Of a DNA stretch of 64,000 nt, positions 20,049-30,013 are shown piece by piece. Positions within the stretch are counted from its first letter, which is position 1, and each line of letters begins with the position of its first letter. A model generated the notes under the pieces. That model saw only the letters and a list, made by a program, of their open reading frames with translations, was not told the origin of the DNA and did no database searches. The translations under genes were made by a program, and so were the position numbers. Source of the DNA: a virus. Location of the stretch: positions 1-64,000 of IMG/VR virus record IMGVR_UViG_3300001765_000033. One strand, 5' to 3'.

Positions 20049-20071
20049 AGACCCGCTTCGGCGGGTTTTTT
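20049..20071 (+). terminator. Rho-independent terminator after gp23
   Basis: ACCCGC-TTCG-GCGGGT followed by a T-run (CUUCGG tetraloop). Confidence 0.92.
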
Positions 20072-20162
20072 ATTGCTTAAAATTTATTTAACATTACAAC
20101 CCAAGTTAGATTTCATATTTGCTAAATATATGGTATAATGTTAAATATCTAAAAAGGAACAT

Positions 20163-21650
20163 ATGGCAAATTATAATCAGGAAATCTTAGACTTGGTAGA
20201 AAAAATTTCAGATAAGAGCTATATGATAAAGCTATCTCTGAATAAAGAATCAAAAAAGAAAATTGAAGATGCAACTTCTTTTATGGACAATTTCTATAAA
20301 AAGCTGCCACTAAAGATTCGATGCTTAACTATCATCAATGATTGGACCAAAGAAACCTTCCCTAAGTGTCCAAATTGTGGAGAACCAGTTTCTTATGATA
20401 AAGAGTACCAAGCATCTTTTAACAAATTCTGCTCCGATAAATGCTCAAAAGAATTTGGAAGATTTCCAGAAGAAATAAAATTAAAATTATTAGATAAAGA
20501 GTATATGTACGACCTTAGATTTAATAAGAAAATGTCATATGAAGGAATGGGCAAACTGATAGGCGCATCAGAATTAACTATACGGATATATTGCATATAT
20601 CATAGATTTACTATGGTTGACATGAAAAAATCTGATGCTGCAATATCCATAAAATTAATGAATAAAGAATATCTAATTTCTGAATACGAATCTGGAAAAA
20701 CATTTCAGGAAATTGCAGACCAAATCGGAAGCTCTAAGGCCACAGTCGCGCTAGCTTTCAAAGAGCATGAAATAGAGGCTAAGGCATCAAACTCATATCC
20801 AAGAAAATTCAATAAACGATCTATTCCAGAAATAGAAATGGAAGATTATATAAAATCTCTAGGGGTTGTCACAACTTCATCAAACAGGATTTTAGAAGGT
20901 GGACTAGAGATTGATATTCTTTGTGGTGATGGGTCGATAGGATTTGAGTACAACGGCACATATTCTCACTCAGAAGCTGGCGGTAAAGATAGAAATTATC
21001 ATCTGAATAAAACAACTTTAGCCAAAGAAAATGGCATTAAACTATATCATATTTTTGGCGATTCTTGGACAATAAAAAAAGACATAACAAAATCAGTCAT
21101 CGCATCTAAGCTTGGGATATATAAAAATAAAGTATTTGCTAGAAAATGCAAAATCGTTGATCTTGAAAAGTACATCAAAAGTTCATTCTTAGATCAAAAT
21201 CATTTACAAGGTAACGACAATTCATCGTATGACTATGGTCTTTCGTTTGAAGGGGAAATAGTCGCGGTGATGACTTTTTGTAAGTCTAGATTCAATAAAA
21301 ACTATGATTGGGAATTATCTAGGTTTGCATGTAAACAAAATACATCAGTTGTCGGTGGGTTTTCAAGGCTACTTTCCAAATTCAGGAAAGACCACTTAGG
21401 TACAATAATTTCCTATGCTGATATGACTGTTAGTTTTGGTGATGTTTATTCTCACAACGGGTTCAAATTGTTAAAAGTTAACCCTCCTTCATATTCATAT
21501 ATCACAGAAAGAATGCAGGTAAGGCAGCACAGGGCTGGATTTATGAAAAGTAGAATCGATGCTGGAGAACTGTCAGAATCAGATGCAATGAAGCTAAAAG
21601 GCTATCATAAAGTGTGGAACTGTGGAACTATGACATTTGTTTTGGAATGA
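20163..21650 (+). CDS. Hef-like free-standing homing endonuclease
   Basis: CPNC...FCSDKC Zn finger, HTH-like segments, EIDI...FEYNGTYSH nuclease motif, C-terminal ARKC...WELSRF...ISYAD domain. Confidence 0.7.
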   Translation: MANYNQEILDLVEKISDKSYMIKLSLNKESKKKIEDATSFMDNFYKKLPLKIRCLTIINDWTKETFPKCPNCGEPVSYDKEYQASFNKFCSDKCSKEFGRFPEEIKLKLLDKEYMYDLRFNKKMSYEGMGKLIGASELTIRIYCIYHRFTMVDMKKSDAAISIKLMNKEYLISEYESGKTFQEIADQIGSSKATVALAFKEHEIEAKASNSYPRKFNKRSIPEIEMEDYIKSLGVVTTSSNRILEGGLEIDILCGDGSIGFEYNGTYSHSEAGGKDRNYHLNKTTLAKENGIKLYHIFGDSWTIKKDITKSVIASKLGIYKNKVFARKCKIVDLEKYIKSSFLDQNHLQGNDNSSYDYGLSFEGEIVAVMTFCKSRFNKNYDWELSRFACKQNTSVVGGFSRLLSKFRKDHLGTIISYADMTVSFGDVYSHNGFKLLKVNPPSYSYITERMQVRQHRAGFMKSRIDAGELSESDAMKLKGYHKVWNCGTMTFVLE

Positions 21651-21696
21651 CATAAAAACAACACTTTTCAAAAAAGTTCACACGACCTCAAAAATT

Positions 21697-21715
21697 CATG
21701 ATACAATTCAGTCTT
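21697..21715 (+). promoter_or_regulatory. Early-type promoter -10/start motif
   Basis: CATGATACAATTCAGTCTT, identical at 56175-56193. Confidence 0.65.
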
Positions 21716-21746
21716 ACACAGAAACAAACCAACCGAAAGAATTAAA

Positions 21747-22031
21747 ATGAGCATGAATCTTTTACTTGAAGCAACACGTGAAGTCACAGTTAACAAAACC
21801 GGAAAAATTGCGGTAGAAACTTGCGCATTTAGTCTGTGGCAGACGCCTACAAAAGTAACAGATGCTGCACTGGAAAATACTAATCCGAAAGCTGTTTATA
21901 TTGCTTGGTGTAAAGAAGATTCTCAAGACGTGACAGAATCATTTTATGCAGATAGCCACATCAAAGAACTTGAAGAGTGGATTAAAGAATGTGAAGATGA
22001 AGGTTATGAAATCGAATGGAGTGCAATTTAA
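21747..22031 (+). CDS. Hypothetical early protein
   Basis: 94-aa ORF downstream of the promoter motif. Confidence 0.6.
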   Translation: MSMNLLLEATREVTVNKTGKIAVETCAFSLWQTPTKVTDAALENTNPKAVYIAWCKEDSQDVTESFYADSHIKELEEWIKECEDEGYEIEWSAI

Positions 22032-22034
22032 ATC

Positions 22035-22208
22035 ATGACAAACTCTACAGAATACACAGTCAACCAAGACAACAAAAAGTTAGCTAAATGGTTTGCCTCT
22101 AGAAATGGTGCAAATCAACAGGTTATGAAAATGTTCAACACTATCAAACAACAAAAAGATAGTTTGGACTCGATGATTAAAGCAGGAAGATTTCACGCCA
22201 CTGCGTGA
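22035..22208 (+). CDS. Small hypothetical protein (57 aa, not in ORF track)
   Basis: ATG 22035, MTNSTEYTVNQ...RFHATA*. Confidence 0.45.
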   Translation: MTNSTEYTVNQDNKKLAKWFASRNGANQQVMKMFNTIKQQKDSLDSMIKAGRFHATA

Positions 22209-22262
22209 CACGATTCCGTCAACCCATCTTCATTGGACTAATATCCTCCAAAATCTTTTTGA

Positions 22263-22595
22263 TTATTTTCCGATATCTTGGACAACAATCCATTTGTCCA
22301 ATACTACAGTGCGAGTTCTATTCGCAACATCAATAAGCTGAATATCATACCAATATGTTCCTGGCTGTTGATCGGCTTGGATTGGCGATAAAACAAACTC
22401 ACATTTTCCTGTTCTGGCATCGGTGACAGTTCCATTTATTGCGAACAAATTATTATCTGCAGTTGTCGGAGATTGAGCAGGATCAACCGTCAATATAACA
22501 GAGCATCCTGATATATTAATTCCAGTCGTCAATTCGGTATCAATAATTTGAAATTGTTCTGGATAAGTGTCTCCACGTTTTCTGGTAACAGGCAT
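22263..22595 (-). CDS. BppU-N-like Ig-fold adaptor protein
   Basis: RGDT...GTYWYDIQL...DKWIV pattern. Confidence 0.55.
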   Translation of the reverse strand: MPVTRKRGDTYPEQFQIIDTELTTGINISGCSVILTVDPAQSPTTADNNLFAINGTVTDARTGKCEFVLSPIQADQQPGTYWYDIQLIDVANRTRTVVLDKWIVVQDIGK

Positions 22596-22614
22596 TTTTA
22601 AACTTTCTTTGCTT

Positions 22615-25167
22615 TTAAGATGCTTTCGTTGCTCTTAAATTTAGTGTTATATTCTTAATATTTAGATTAGGCGTTACTTGCTTTGCTTTTAATGGTTTTG
22701 TCACTTGCTTTGCTGCAGAAAATCCAATTCTAGGTGTACCAATTTGAGCCGCAATAATAATTGCGCCGACACTACAAGAATTTGTTTGATCGGCATTTGA
22801 ACCTTCATAGAAAAGAGACAATGTAATAGCTGGAGTTGGATTTACATTATCTTGAGTCCCATTTGTTCCGATTAATCTCTGAATCTGAGTTATGGCACCG
22901 ACAATATTTGTCGCTGTCTGAACTGGATCAGAAGTAACCAGAGCATACGAAATAACGATAGCAGCACCAGATGATGCACTGGTTTGGCTGCTATTTGCAC
23001 TGCCTAAATTATGTGCTTGATTAACTACTGCCGTATCCGTAGATGCAGTCTGAGTCACATTTGCGCCAGCAAGTTTGTGATCTATTTTTATTGCTGCAGT
23101 TGCAGACGCATTAGACTCTACAGAATTTGTGCCAAGCAATATTTGATTCTGCGTTACATTTGCTGTGCCAGAAGTTTTAGTTGCAACATCACCAAGAACA
23201 ACGGTTTGCTGAATCTGGCTGATCGTGGCTGAAGAAGAATTGTTTAATTCATTGGAATTTGGGACATTCAAAGACTGACCCAAAATAATACCCACACCCT
23301 CTGAAGTGTTATTGGCCGAACAATTTGATGCTAGAGTAACATGAGTCTGCTTGATTGTAGAATCAGCAGAAACAGCAGCGGCAACGGCATTTACATGCAC
23401 CGTGACATGCGTTTGTGTCACTGGAGTGCCTTGGGATACGGATGAGCCTACACAGGCTGCAGCGACTGTTATTTGAATCTGAGAGACTACGGAATTCTGT
23501 GATGTTGATGTTTGTATATCACTGCCAACTGATAAAGAACTCGTAGATACAACAGCACCAGATTCTAAAGTTGCTGTCGATGCAGTGTTGCCTGTTGATG
23601 CTGCAGCAGCTACTAAAGTTGAACTTTCTAGAGTAGAATTTGAAACTGTATTACCTGATGCAGAAACTGGTATTACTACCGAACCAGTTTGTGTTGTTGA
23701 GTTTGAAACCGAGTTAGAAACCTGAGAGACAACAAAAATACCAGATGCAGTTTCTGATGTTGAATTTGAAACTGAGTTTGATGCCGATGTTCCTAGAAAT
23801 ACAGCTAAACCAGATTGAGTATTTGCTGTCGATACAGTATTGCCTGTTTCACTTGCAGCATATGCCAATCCTACAGTTTCTGATGTGGAATTTGAAACTG
23901 TATTTCCTGTTTCGGTTGCCGTATATACTAAACCAACGGTTTCTAAGGTTGAATTTGAAACTGAGTTTGATGTTTGTGAAACTTGATATGTCGTTTCTAC
24001 AGTTTCAGTTTCAGTTACGTTTAGAGTATCAGAAACGGTTTCATTGTATGTTGCATTTGTAGGCGTTACATCGGTATCTAACTCTATCCACGAAACTTTA
24101 ACATTAATCGTAGATGGAACAACTACGCCAGTTTCTGATGTTGAATTTGAAACTGAGTTTGAGGTCGAAGAGCCTAGAGCTATTAATTGATTATCTTGAG
24201 TATTTGCAGTGGATACAGAATTTCCAGTTTCTGATACCGCAAAAATACCTTGTCCAGTTTCTAGAGCCGAGTTGGAAACCGAGTTGGAAACCTGAGAGAC
24301 AACAAAAATACCAGATGCAGTTTCTGATGTTGAATTTGAAACTGAGTTTGATGTTGATGTTCCTAGAAATACTACTTGGCTATCTTGAGTATTATCGGTA
24401 GCGATTGATTCAGATATAGAAACATTCTTAATCGGACCATCTGTATTAAATTCTGCCCAAGTAACTTTACCATCAACACCAGTTGCTTCTGCACCAACGA
24501 AAATAGGTTTTTCAATCGGAGTAAATAGCTGCCAAGGGTTATCTGATATTAATTTAATTTCTGCATCTGATAATGCTCTATCCCATACTGCGATTAATGG
24601 TGAAGATGAACTTGAGCTACCATAAGCAAAATTCGCACCCATTTTAATAGATGGCGAAGCACCAAGCCACATTGCATTTGTATTTGCTGTTGAGCCAGTT
24701 AAAATACCTTTTTCATAAATTTTCTGAGTAACTAAATCATATGTTGCACACGCAACAACATAATCCGTTGTATTGAGTGTATTTGAACTAATAGTTGCTA
24801 TATTATTGTTTTCAGAATAAGCATTCAATATTCTTAGCTTATCACTATCGGTTTTAAACCCAAATCCGTAGCTGCCAGTATTTGTTGAGCTTACTTGTGC
24901 AGAAGAAACTAAATTAATTGCTGAAAATTTAATAATAGCAAATAATGTTATACCATTTGTAGGTATTTTTCTTAATGGTTGATAGGATGGTGCAGTACCA
25001 CCAATTTCAAATCCGTATTTCCCAACAGATAAAATACCACTTCCGCTATGCGCTTTTAGACTATCTCCAGTAACTGCCGATACTAACCCTCTAGTAACCG
25101 GATTACTCCAATCAATACCAACAGCACCTTGCGGCTGAGAACTCCTAATTATTTTCTGAGTGCTCAT
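22615..25167 (-). CDS. Fibre/scaffold protein: N-terminal LamG-like module plus two repeat tracts
   Basis: IDWSNP...NPWQLF module, then SNSVSNSTSET repeats and QxHxL-type repeats. Confidence 0.55.
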   Translation of the reverse strand: MSTQKIIRSSQPQGAVGIDWSNPVTRGLVSAVTGDSLKAHSGSGILSVGKYGFEIGGTAPSYQPLRKIPTNGITLFAIIKFSAINLVSSAQVSSTNTGSYGFGFKTDSDKLRILNAYSENNNIATISSNTLNTTDYVVACATYDLVTQKIYEKGILTGSTANTNAMWLGASPSIKMGANFAYGSSSSSSPLIAVWDRALSDAEIKLISDNPWQLFTPIEKPIFVGAEATGVDGKVTWAEFNTDGPIKNVSISESIATDNTQDSQVVFLGTSTSNSVSNSTSETASGIFVVSQVSNSVSNSALETGQGIFAVSETGNSVSTANTQDNQLIALGSSTSNSVSNSTSETGVVVPSTINVKVSWIELDTDVTPTNATYNETVSDTLNVTETETVETTYQVSQTSNSVSNSTLETVGLVYTATETGNTVSNSTSETVGLAYAASETGNTVSTANTQSGLAVFLGTSASNSVSNSTSETASGIFVVSQVSNSVSNSTTQTGSVVIPVSASGNTVSNSTLESSTLVAAAASTGNTASTATLESGAVVSTSSLSVGSDIQTSTSQNSVVSQIQITVAAACVGSSVSQGTPVTQTHVTVHVNAVAAAVSADSTIKQTHVTLASNCSANNTSEGVGIILGQSLNVPNSNELNNSSSATISQIQQTVVLGDVATKTSGTANVTQNQILLGTNSVESNASATAAIKIDHKLAGANVTQTASTDTAVVNQAHNLGSANSSQTSASSGAAIVISYALVTSDPVQTATNIVGAITQIQRLIGTNGTQDNVNPTPAITLSLFYEGSNADQTNSCSVGAIIIAAQIGTPRIGFSAAKQVTKPLKAKQVTPNLNIKNITLNLRATKAS
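23717..24370. repeat. About 80-bp near-exact direct repeat within the scaffold gene (~23717-23800 and ~24287-24370)
   Basis: CCTGAGAGACAACAAAAATACCAGATGCAGTTTCTGATGTTGAATTTGAAACTGAGTTTGATG occurs twice. Confidence 0.85.
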
Positions 25168-26681
25168 GTTGATACTCCAGTATATCTTTGTACTGGTTTA
25201 AATAGCTGCCAAGGATTTTTAGTAAAACTAATAAGTTCTGCCTCTGACCATGATGCTACGGTTACTCCGACCATTAGGAGAGTGCCACTTAATTCTCTAG
25301 ACCCAATAAACGGATCACCCCCTATAATTTTATCGGTTCCAGCCAAAACACCAGCAGATAGGGATAAAAGACCATTTGTAACGGTTCTTGTGTGTGATTT
25401 ACCATTAACACACAAAATAACCTTGTTAGGGTATATTGAATGAGCGCATACCATTACTTTATTAAGTTCTAAAGGTAGATTTGTATTATATTGATAATCA
25501 GTTCCATTCCAATCATACTTGTAGCCATCTGTGTGAAGCTGATTTCCGAACAATCCATTTCTATCGAAAAATGTAGAACTCCAGTTAGTGAATGCGTCTA
25601 AAACAAAAACACTAAAGTACGTTACGTTGTTAACTGCCCCAATATCTTTCAACTTAACCATCGACCCACCAGAATTACCGTAAGGATATTTTTTGCCTAT
25701 ACCACCAACAGTAGAAACTATAGATTTTGTAACTCCATCAACAACTTTATCCCCAGTAGAAAACAGATTATAATTTCCGATAGCTGGCACATATAAAAGC
25801 AATCCATTTCTAAGAAGTCTATTATTAAAATCTACTTCAGTTGTACTCTGCGGTTGGCTAGTCCTAATAATTTGCTTACTAGGCATAACGATAGAACTAC
25901 TAATTTTAGGAACCGAAGTACCCATCATCATAGATTTTCTAGGAGTAAAATAATTACTAGGGACTATGATTTGCTTTGGTTTTGAAATCTCAAATTGAGG
26001 ATTAGCATCTACAGGTTTAAATAGCTGCCAAGGGTTATCGGATAATGATTTGACTTCTGCGTCTGATAGTGCTCTAGCGAATCTTCCTGATATAGTTATT
26101 TCCGCATCTGTTGTGAATCCTAATGGAGTTGGATTTAAATCGTTTTGAGTCCAAACACCATTAACACCTTTTTGATTAATATTAGCAACTTCTGCCACTT
26201 TATTGCCATCTCTATAAAGTCTTCTTTTTACTCCGTCCCTAGAATGGACTAAAAATCCTCTGAGTGCTGGAGCATTTTCTCCAGAGCTATACATATCACC
26301 ATCTTCATATATACCCCAATTACCAGATATAGCTGGAGTAGTCATAGCCATACAACAAGACCCGGACCAAGTACCACAACCATATTGATATGTACCATAA
26401 GCAATATTAAACTTAGTGTACAACAAAAAATCTGTTAAATTACTTGTACCTATATTATGATATGATCCCCATATCGAAGAATCTGAAGCAGCTGGTTTAT
26501 ATGCTATTCCAGTTTTATTGGAAACTCTTCTAATATTTCCTGTGATGCCAACTGGCTTATTATTTGTAACATCATACCCATTAGATAAAAGAGCAACCAA
26601 CCCTCTTGTAATAGGATTACTCCAATCTATACCACATGGACCTTGTGGTTGGCTAGTTCTTGGGATTTTAAATATACTCAT
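25164..26681 (-). CDS. Tandem LamG/ConA-like module protein
   Basis: Two modules bounded by SQPQ... and ...NPWQLFKP. Confidence 0.55.
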   Translation of the reverse strand: MSIFKIPRTSQPQGPCGIDWSNPITRGLVALLSNGYDVTNNKPVGITGNIRRVSNKTGIAYKPAASDSSIWGSYHNIGTSNLTDFLLYTKFNIAYGTYQYGCGTWSGSCCMAMTTPAISGNWGIYEDGDMYSSGENAPALRGFLVHSRDGVKRRLYRDGNKVAEVANINQKGVNGVWTQNDLNPTPLGFTTDAEITISGRFARALSDAEVKSLSDNPWQLFKPVDANPQFEISKPKQIIVPSNYFTPRKSMMMGTSVPKISSSIVMPSKQIIRTSQPQSTTEVDFNNRLLRNGLLLYVPAIGNYNLFSTGDKVVDGVTKSIVSTVGGIGKKYPYGNSGGSMVKLKDIGAVNNVTYFSVFVLDAFTNWSSTFFDRNGLFGNQLHTDGYKYDWNGTDYQYNTNLPLELNKVMVCAHSIYPNKVILCVNGKSHTRTVTNGLLSLSAGVLAGTDKIIGGDPFIGSRELSGTLLMVGVTVASWSEAELISFTKNPWQLFKPVQRYTGVST

Positions 26682-28171
26682 TTATTACCCCAAATTAGTT
26701 TAGAATCAGGTTTAAAGATTTGCCAAGGGTTATCGGATAATGATTTGACTTCAGTATCACTTATTGATCTACGAAAAAGTATCACCGATGAAGTTGTAGT
26801 ATTTGCACCTAGATTCTGATCAATAGACACTTCGCCTAAAGTAAGGTTTTGTGATGTATTACTATTGATATTTGTAATACCTGCATTAGTAAATGAAGAA
26901 GTAATCCAAATTTTATCGGTATGATCAAATCGATTAACAATTAAAGTTGTTCCTATTCTACGCCCAACAAAGGTGTATTCATGACCTGCCTGCCAACTTC
27001 CTGTAGTGGTAGCTGCATAGGAATTAGTACCAACACAGACATTGAATCTTAATTCAGACGTAGTGAATCCACTATTTGCACCTAAACACCATTCATCATT
27101 TATTGGTTCTAAACCAGTTTTCCATTTACCTATAGCAAGATATCCAGATGTAGAATTTAAAGTAAATCTAATAAACACTGTGAAATCATTAGTACCTATT
27201 TTAGTTGCTTGTGTATTGGGTAGAACAACTCTATTTAAATATGTGCCCGAAGCTGTAGCAGAAATTCCAGAGGCGGTAGTTTGTGATGATCCACCAGTGC
27301 CAAATAATATAGGATTGCCACTGACTAACTCCACCCCACTTTCAAAATCGCACACATAAGAAGCATCTTTTATGTTATTTTTATTGTAAATTGTAGTAAT
27401 AATCTGAGCACTAGGAATTACTAAGTCAGTTCCTCTTAATTCTGATTCTCTCATACTCCAAGGAGTTTTAGGAGAATAGGAAATGTACTTTTGTTGAGGT
27501 TTGAATATCTGGAATGGATTTGATTCTAAAGAATTTAGTTGCTGAATAGATGACAGTTTATCTGCCCACATGTAAACTGCTACTATAGTAAAAGACGTTG
27601 CATATTCAATATTATTTTCCGATTGACCTAAACAAAATGTTGTTTTTCCTGCAGCTAATGGCACAGTAAACGTAGTTGATGCTTTAGCACCTTTATTTAC
27701 CCAATTAAGTAAAGTACCTTCGCTATTAGAACCTCGTCCACAATATGTATTAACGGTGTATTGAGTAACTCCAGAATACCCTGTTATAACTAAACTAGGT
27801 GCCCAAGAAACAATTTGTAATCCCTGCAGCATTGTTAAACATCCATCGTGTCTGACAACAGACTGCCCACTGCTAGTATCGTTCTGTACTGCAATAATTA
27901 ACCAAGCTACGTCAGTCTTTCCACCAAATAAACCAGAAGAATTATAAAGTAATCCTGAAGTATTAGGAGTAATTCCTCTACCTTTGGGAGTAGTATTGCT
28001 TTTTCCGTTATAAATATTTGTAGGTACTCTTTTACCTATTAAACTTGTTGTAGTAATAGCTGGAATAAATACCTCAGTCAATCCTCGTGTTAAAGGATGA
28101 CTCCAATCAATTGCAGGATTAGGAGGTAAGCTGGTATATTCCTGATTGAGAATTAAATTTTTATCTGCCAT
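26678..28171 (-). CDS. Tandem LamG/ConA-like module protein
   Basis: IDWSHPLTRGL; NPFQIFKP and NPWQIFKP module ends. Confidence 0.55.
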   Translation of the reverse strand: MADKNLILNQEYTSLPPNPAIDWSHPLTRGLTEVFIPAITTTSLIGKRVPTNIYNGKSNTTPKGRGITPNTSGLLYNSSGLFGGKTDVAWLIIAVQNDTSSGQSVVRHDGCLTMLQGLQIVSWAPSLVITGYSGVTQYTVNTYCGRGSNSEGTLLNWVNKGAKASTTFTVPLAAGKTTFCLGQSENNIEYATSFTIVAVYMWADKLSSIQQLNSLESNPFQIFKPQQKYISYSPKTPWSMRESELRGTDLVIPSAQIITTIYNKNNIKDASYVCDFESGVELVSGNPILFGTGGSSQTTASGISATASGTYLNRVVLPNTQATKIGTNDFTVFIRFTLNSTSGYLAIGKWKTGLEPINDEWCLGANSGFTTSELRFNVCVGTNSYAATTTGSWQAGHEYTFVGRRIGTTLIVNRFDHTDKIWITSSFTNAGITNINSNTSQNLTLGEVSIDQNLGANTTTSSVILFRRSISDTEVKSLSDNPWQIFKPDSKLIWGNK

Positions 28172-28206
28172 CTTAGACCCTTAGAGGTTCAACCCCCTAA
28201 AGAGGT

Positions 28207-28701
28207 CTAGTTGTAGTAAATTTCAGTGGTAGAAGCTGAGTTTCCAGAAGCTGCTAAAGCGACACCAGTTTGATTCTGAACTAAGATACCCCATTTGCGT
28301 GGTAGAACACCAAGAGCAGATACTAAGGACATTGGTTCAGATTTAAACTGAATCGATGCAGTATGACAATTGATAGAACCTAGAAATTTCAGGTTATTTG
28401 ATGTTGCTGACATAGTTACTGCAGCATCAGCGCCAGTAATAACTTCAGCAGTAGCACCACCACCTGGGTATGTTGGAGAACCAGTAGAATCTTCTACTCC
28501 ATAAGCATACACATAAACATTGGTAGAACTTGATGGAGTAATAGCCCCTACGGTAACTTTTACAGAAACCATAATGTCAGTGATGTTATTCGTAGTGCTA
28601 GTATCTCTAGCCTGTGCAGCAGCATAAGCAGTAGTTGATGATGCTAAACTGTTCATTGACGTAAAAGTCAATGCTGTTGATGTTCCAAAATTAAGTGCCA
28701 T
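28207..28701 (-). CDS. Putative virion structural protein
   Basis: Beta-rich 164 aa in the appendage locus. Confidence 0.5.
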   Translation of the reverse strand: MALNFGTSTALTFTSMNSLASSTTAYAAAQARDTSTTNNITDIMVSVKVTVGAITPSSSTNVYVYAYGVEDSTGSPTYPGGGATAEVITGADAAVTMSATSNNLKFLGSINCHTASIQFKSEPMSLVSALGVLPRKWGILVQNQTGVALAASGNSASTTEIYYN

Positions 28702-28704
28702 GAC

Positions 28705-29115
28705 TTAGACTCCCTTTTCGATTGCGTCACCGCATTGTAGATATGTAACAGGATCAGGAACTGAACCCATTACCATTAATTCGTCTGCTTGAGCCTGAGT
28801 AATAATACTAGCAGCAACAAGACCACCAAACATTTGAGCAACGATTGGCAAACTCATATCGATATTTTCATAACGTGCATTTGCAACGTCCATGACAGCA
28901 ACAGCAGCCAAATTAGCAGCATGATTTGTGTCAGCAGCAACTGCTTTAATTGCCCACCAAGTACCATTGGTTTGCAGATATGCCTGAACATCAGCAATAG
29001 GTGTCTTGATAGTTTTCACTCTGCCAACATTTACTTTGGCAGCGACAACGTGATGATTTCCAGCAGCAATTTCCGCTGGTGTGCATTTAGCAACGATTTC
29101 CTGATATAATGTCAT
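28705..29115 (-). CDS. Hypothetical protein (appendage locus)
   Basis: 136-aa ORF directly after a late promoter. Confidence 0.55.
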   Translation of the reverse strand: MTLYQEIVAKCTPAEIAAGNHHVVAAKVNVGRVKTIKTPIADVQAYLQTNGTWWAIKAVAADTNHAANLAAVAVMDVANARYENIDMSLPIVAQMFGGLVAASIITQAQADELMVMGSVPDPVTYLQCGDAIEKGV

Positions 29116-29148
29116 GTTTTAATCTCTTTATTTGTTAACGGTTATGTA

Positions 29149-29156
29149 TATTTATA
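29149..29156 (-). promoter_or_regulatory. T4-type late promoter TATAAATA
   Basis: Exact T4 late consensus upstream of 29115. Confidence 0.7.
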
Positions 29157-29595
29157 CTATTGAAATTACCATTGATAATGGATATGTGGTAGGATTTTGA
29201 ATCGTAGATATTTGCGATTCATTTAAAACGAATTGATATGTAGTATTTAAACCATCCAGAATTTGACTCCAGACGCATCCAGATAAAAATATATCATTTT
29301 GCTTTAACTTAACACCCAAAGTAGAATTTGATTGGCTTGATGCTCTTACAGATAAAACTGGTATTCCTACAATTGGAAAAACAAAAGCAGGTAATAACAT
29401 TTCTGTTGATGTTGCGGTTGATGTTGCAATGTAGGTTGAATCATTTGGAGTAGATTCGTTAATCATATCAGAAAGAGTAGAACCAGAACTAGGAACCCAA
29501 TTTCCTTTAGATATATCAGAAAGTGGTCTGACAATGAGTGATGCAGATGAAACATCACCTAAAGCACCAAATGATAATGAGTTAAATCCTAACAT
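29152..29595 (-). CDS. Structural protein, paralog of 34408-35469
   Basis: Shared P.xDIS.G.W and LKQ...GC.W.QIL motifs. Confidence 0.55.
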   Translation of the reverse strand: MLGFNSLSFGALGDVSSASLIVRPLSDISKGNWVPSSGSTLSDMINESTPNDSTYIATSTATSTEMLLPAFVFPIVGIPVLSVRASSQSNSTLGVKLKQNDIFLSGCVWSQILDGLNTTYQFVLNESQISTIQNPTTYPLSMVISIV

Positions 29596-29993
29596 TATTG
29601 GACCTCAAATCTCCAGTCATATCCAATAACTTCTTCTAAGGTAGTCAATGATTTTATTTTGTCATTGTGCCATCCATTTTTACCAGCAATTACTGCTTCT
29701 AGATATGATAATTGACTTGCTTTTTCAAGAACTTTATCTTTAAGAACTTCTAAAGTAATTCCTCTTGTTGTTGCTTCAATTTGAAGAGAAGGACATTCTG
29801 GATATGCTTTTGCTTCAGCCAATTTTAATGACCATGATGATGCCTCGTAAGGAGAAATTGGACTAAGAATTTTGCTTCTTAGATATGCAGCCCATTGATC
29901 ACATTGTTTAATGACGAATGTTTTAGCATCCTCTAAACTTTCAAATTCAGGGGTTTCCCCGTTGAATGCCCCTTCAAGAGTACAGATATTCAT
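29595..29993 (-). CDS. Putative tail-fibre assembly chaperone-like protein
   Basis: E..SW..K..EA.A...L..EA..RGI pattern after Gly-rich genes. Confidence 0.45.
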   Translation of the reverse strand: MNICTLEGAFNGETPEFESLEDAKTFVIKQCDQWAAYLRSKILSPISPYEASSWSLKLAEAKAYPECPSLQIEATTRGITLEVLKDKVLEKASQLSYLEAVIAGKNGWHNDKIKSLTTLEEVIGYDWRFEVQ

Positions 29994-30013
29994 GTTTGTT
30001 CCTAGAAAAATTT

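Noticed and set aside
22615-28171. Possible diversity-generating retroelement or CRISPR-like array
   Set aside because: No reverse transcriptase in the window, no adenine-specific TR/VR pattern seen, and repeats are in-frame coding and not regularly spaced
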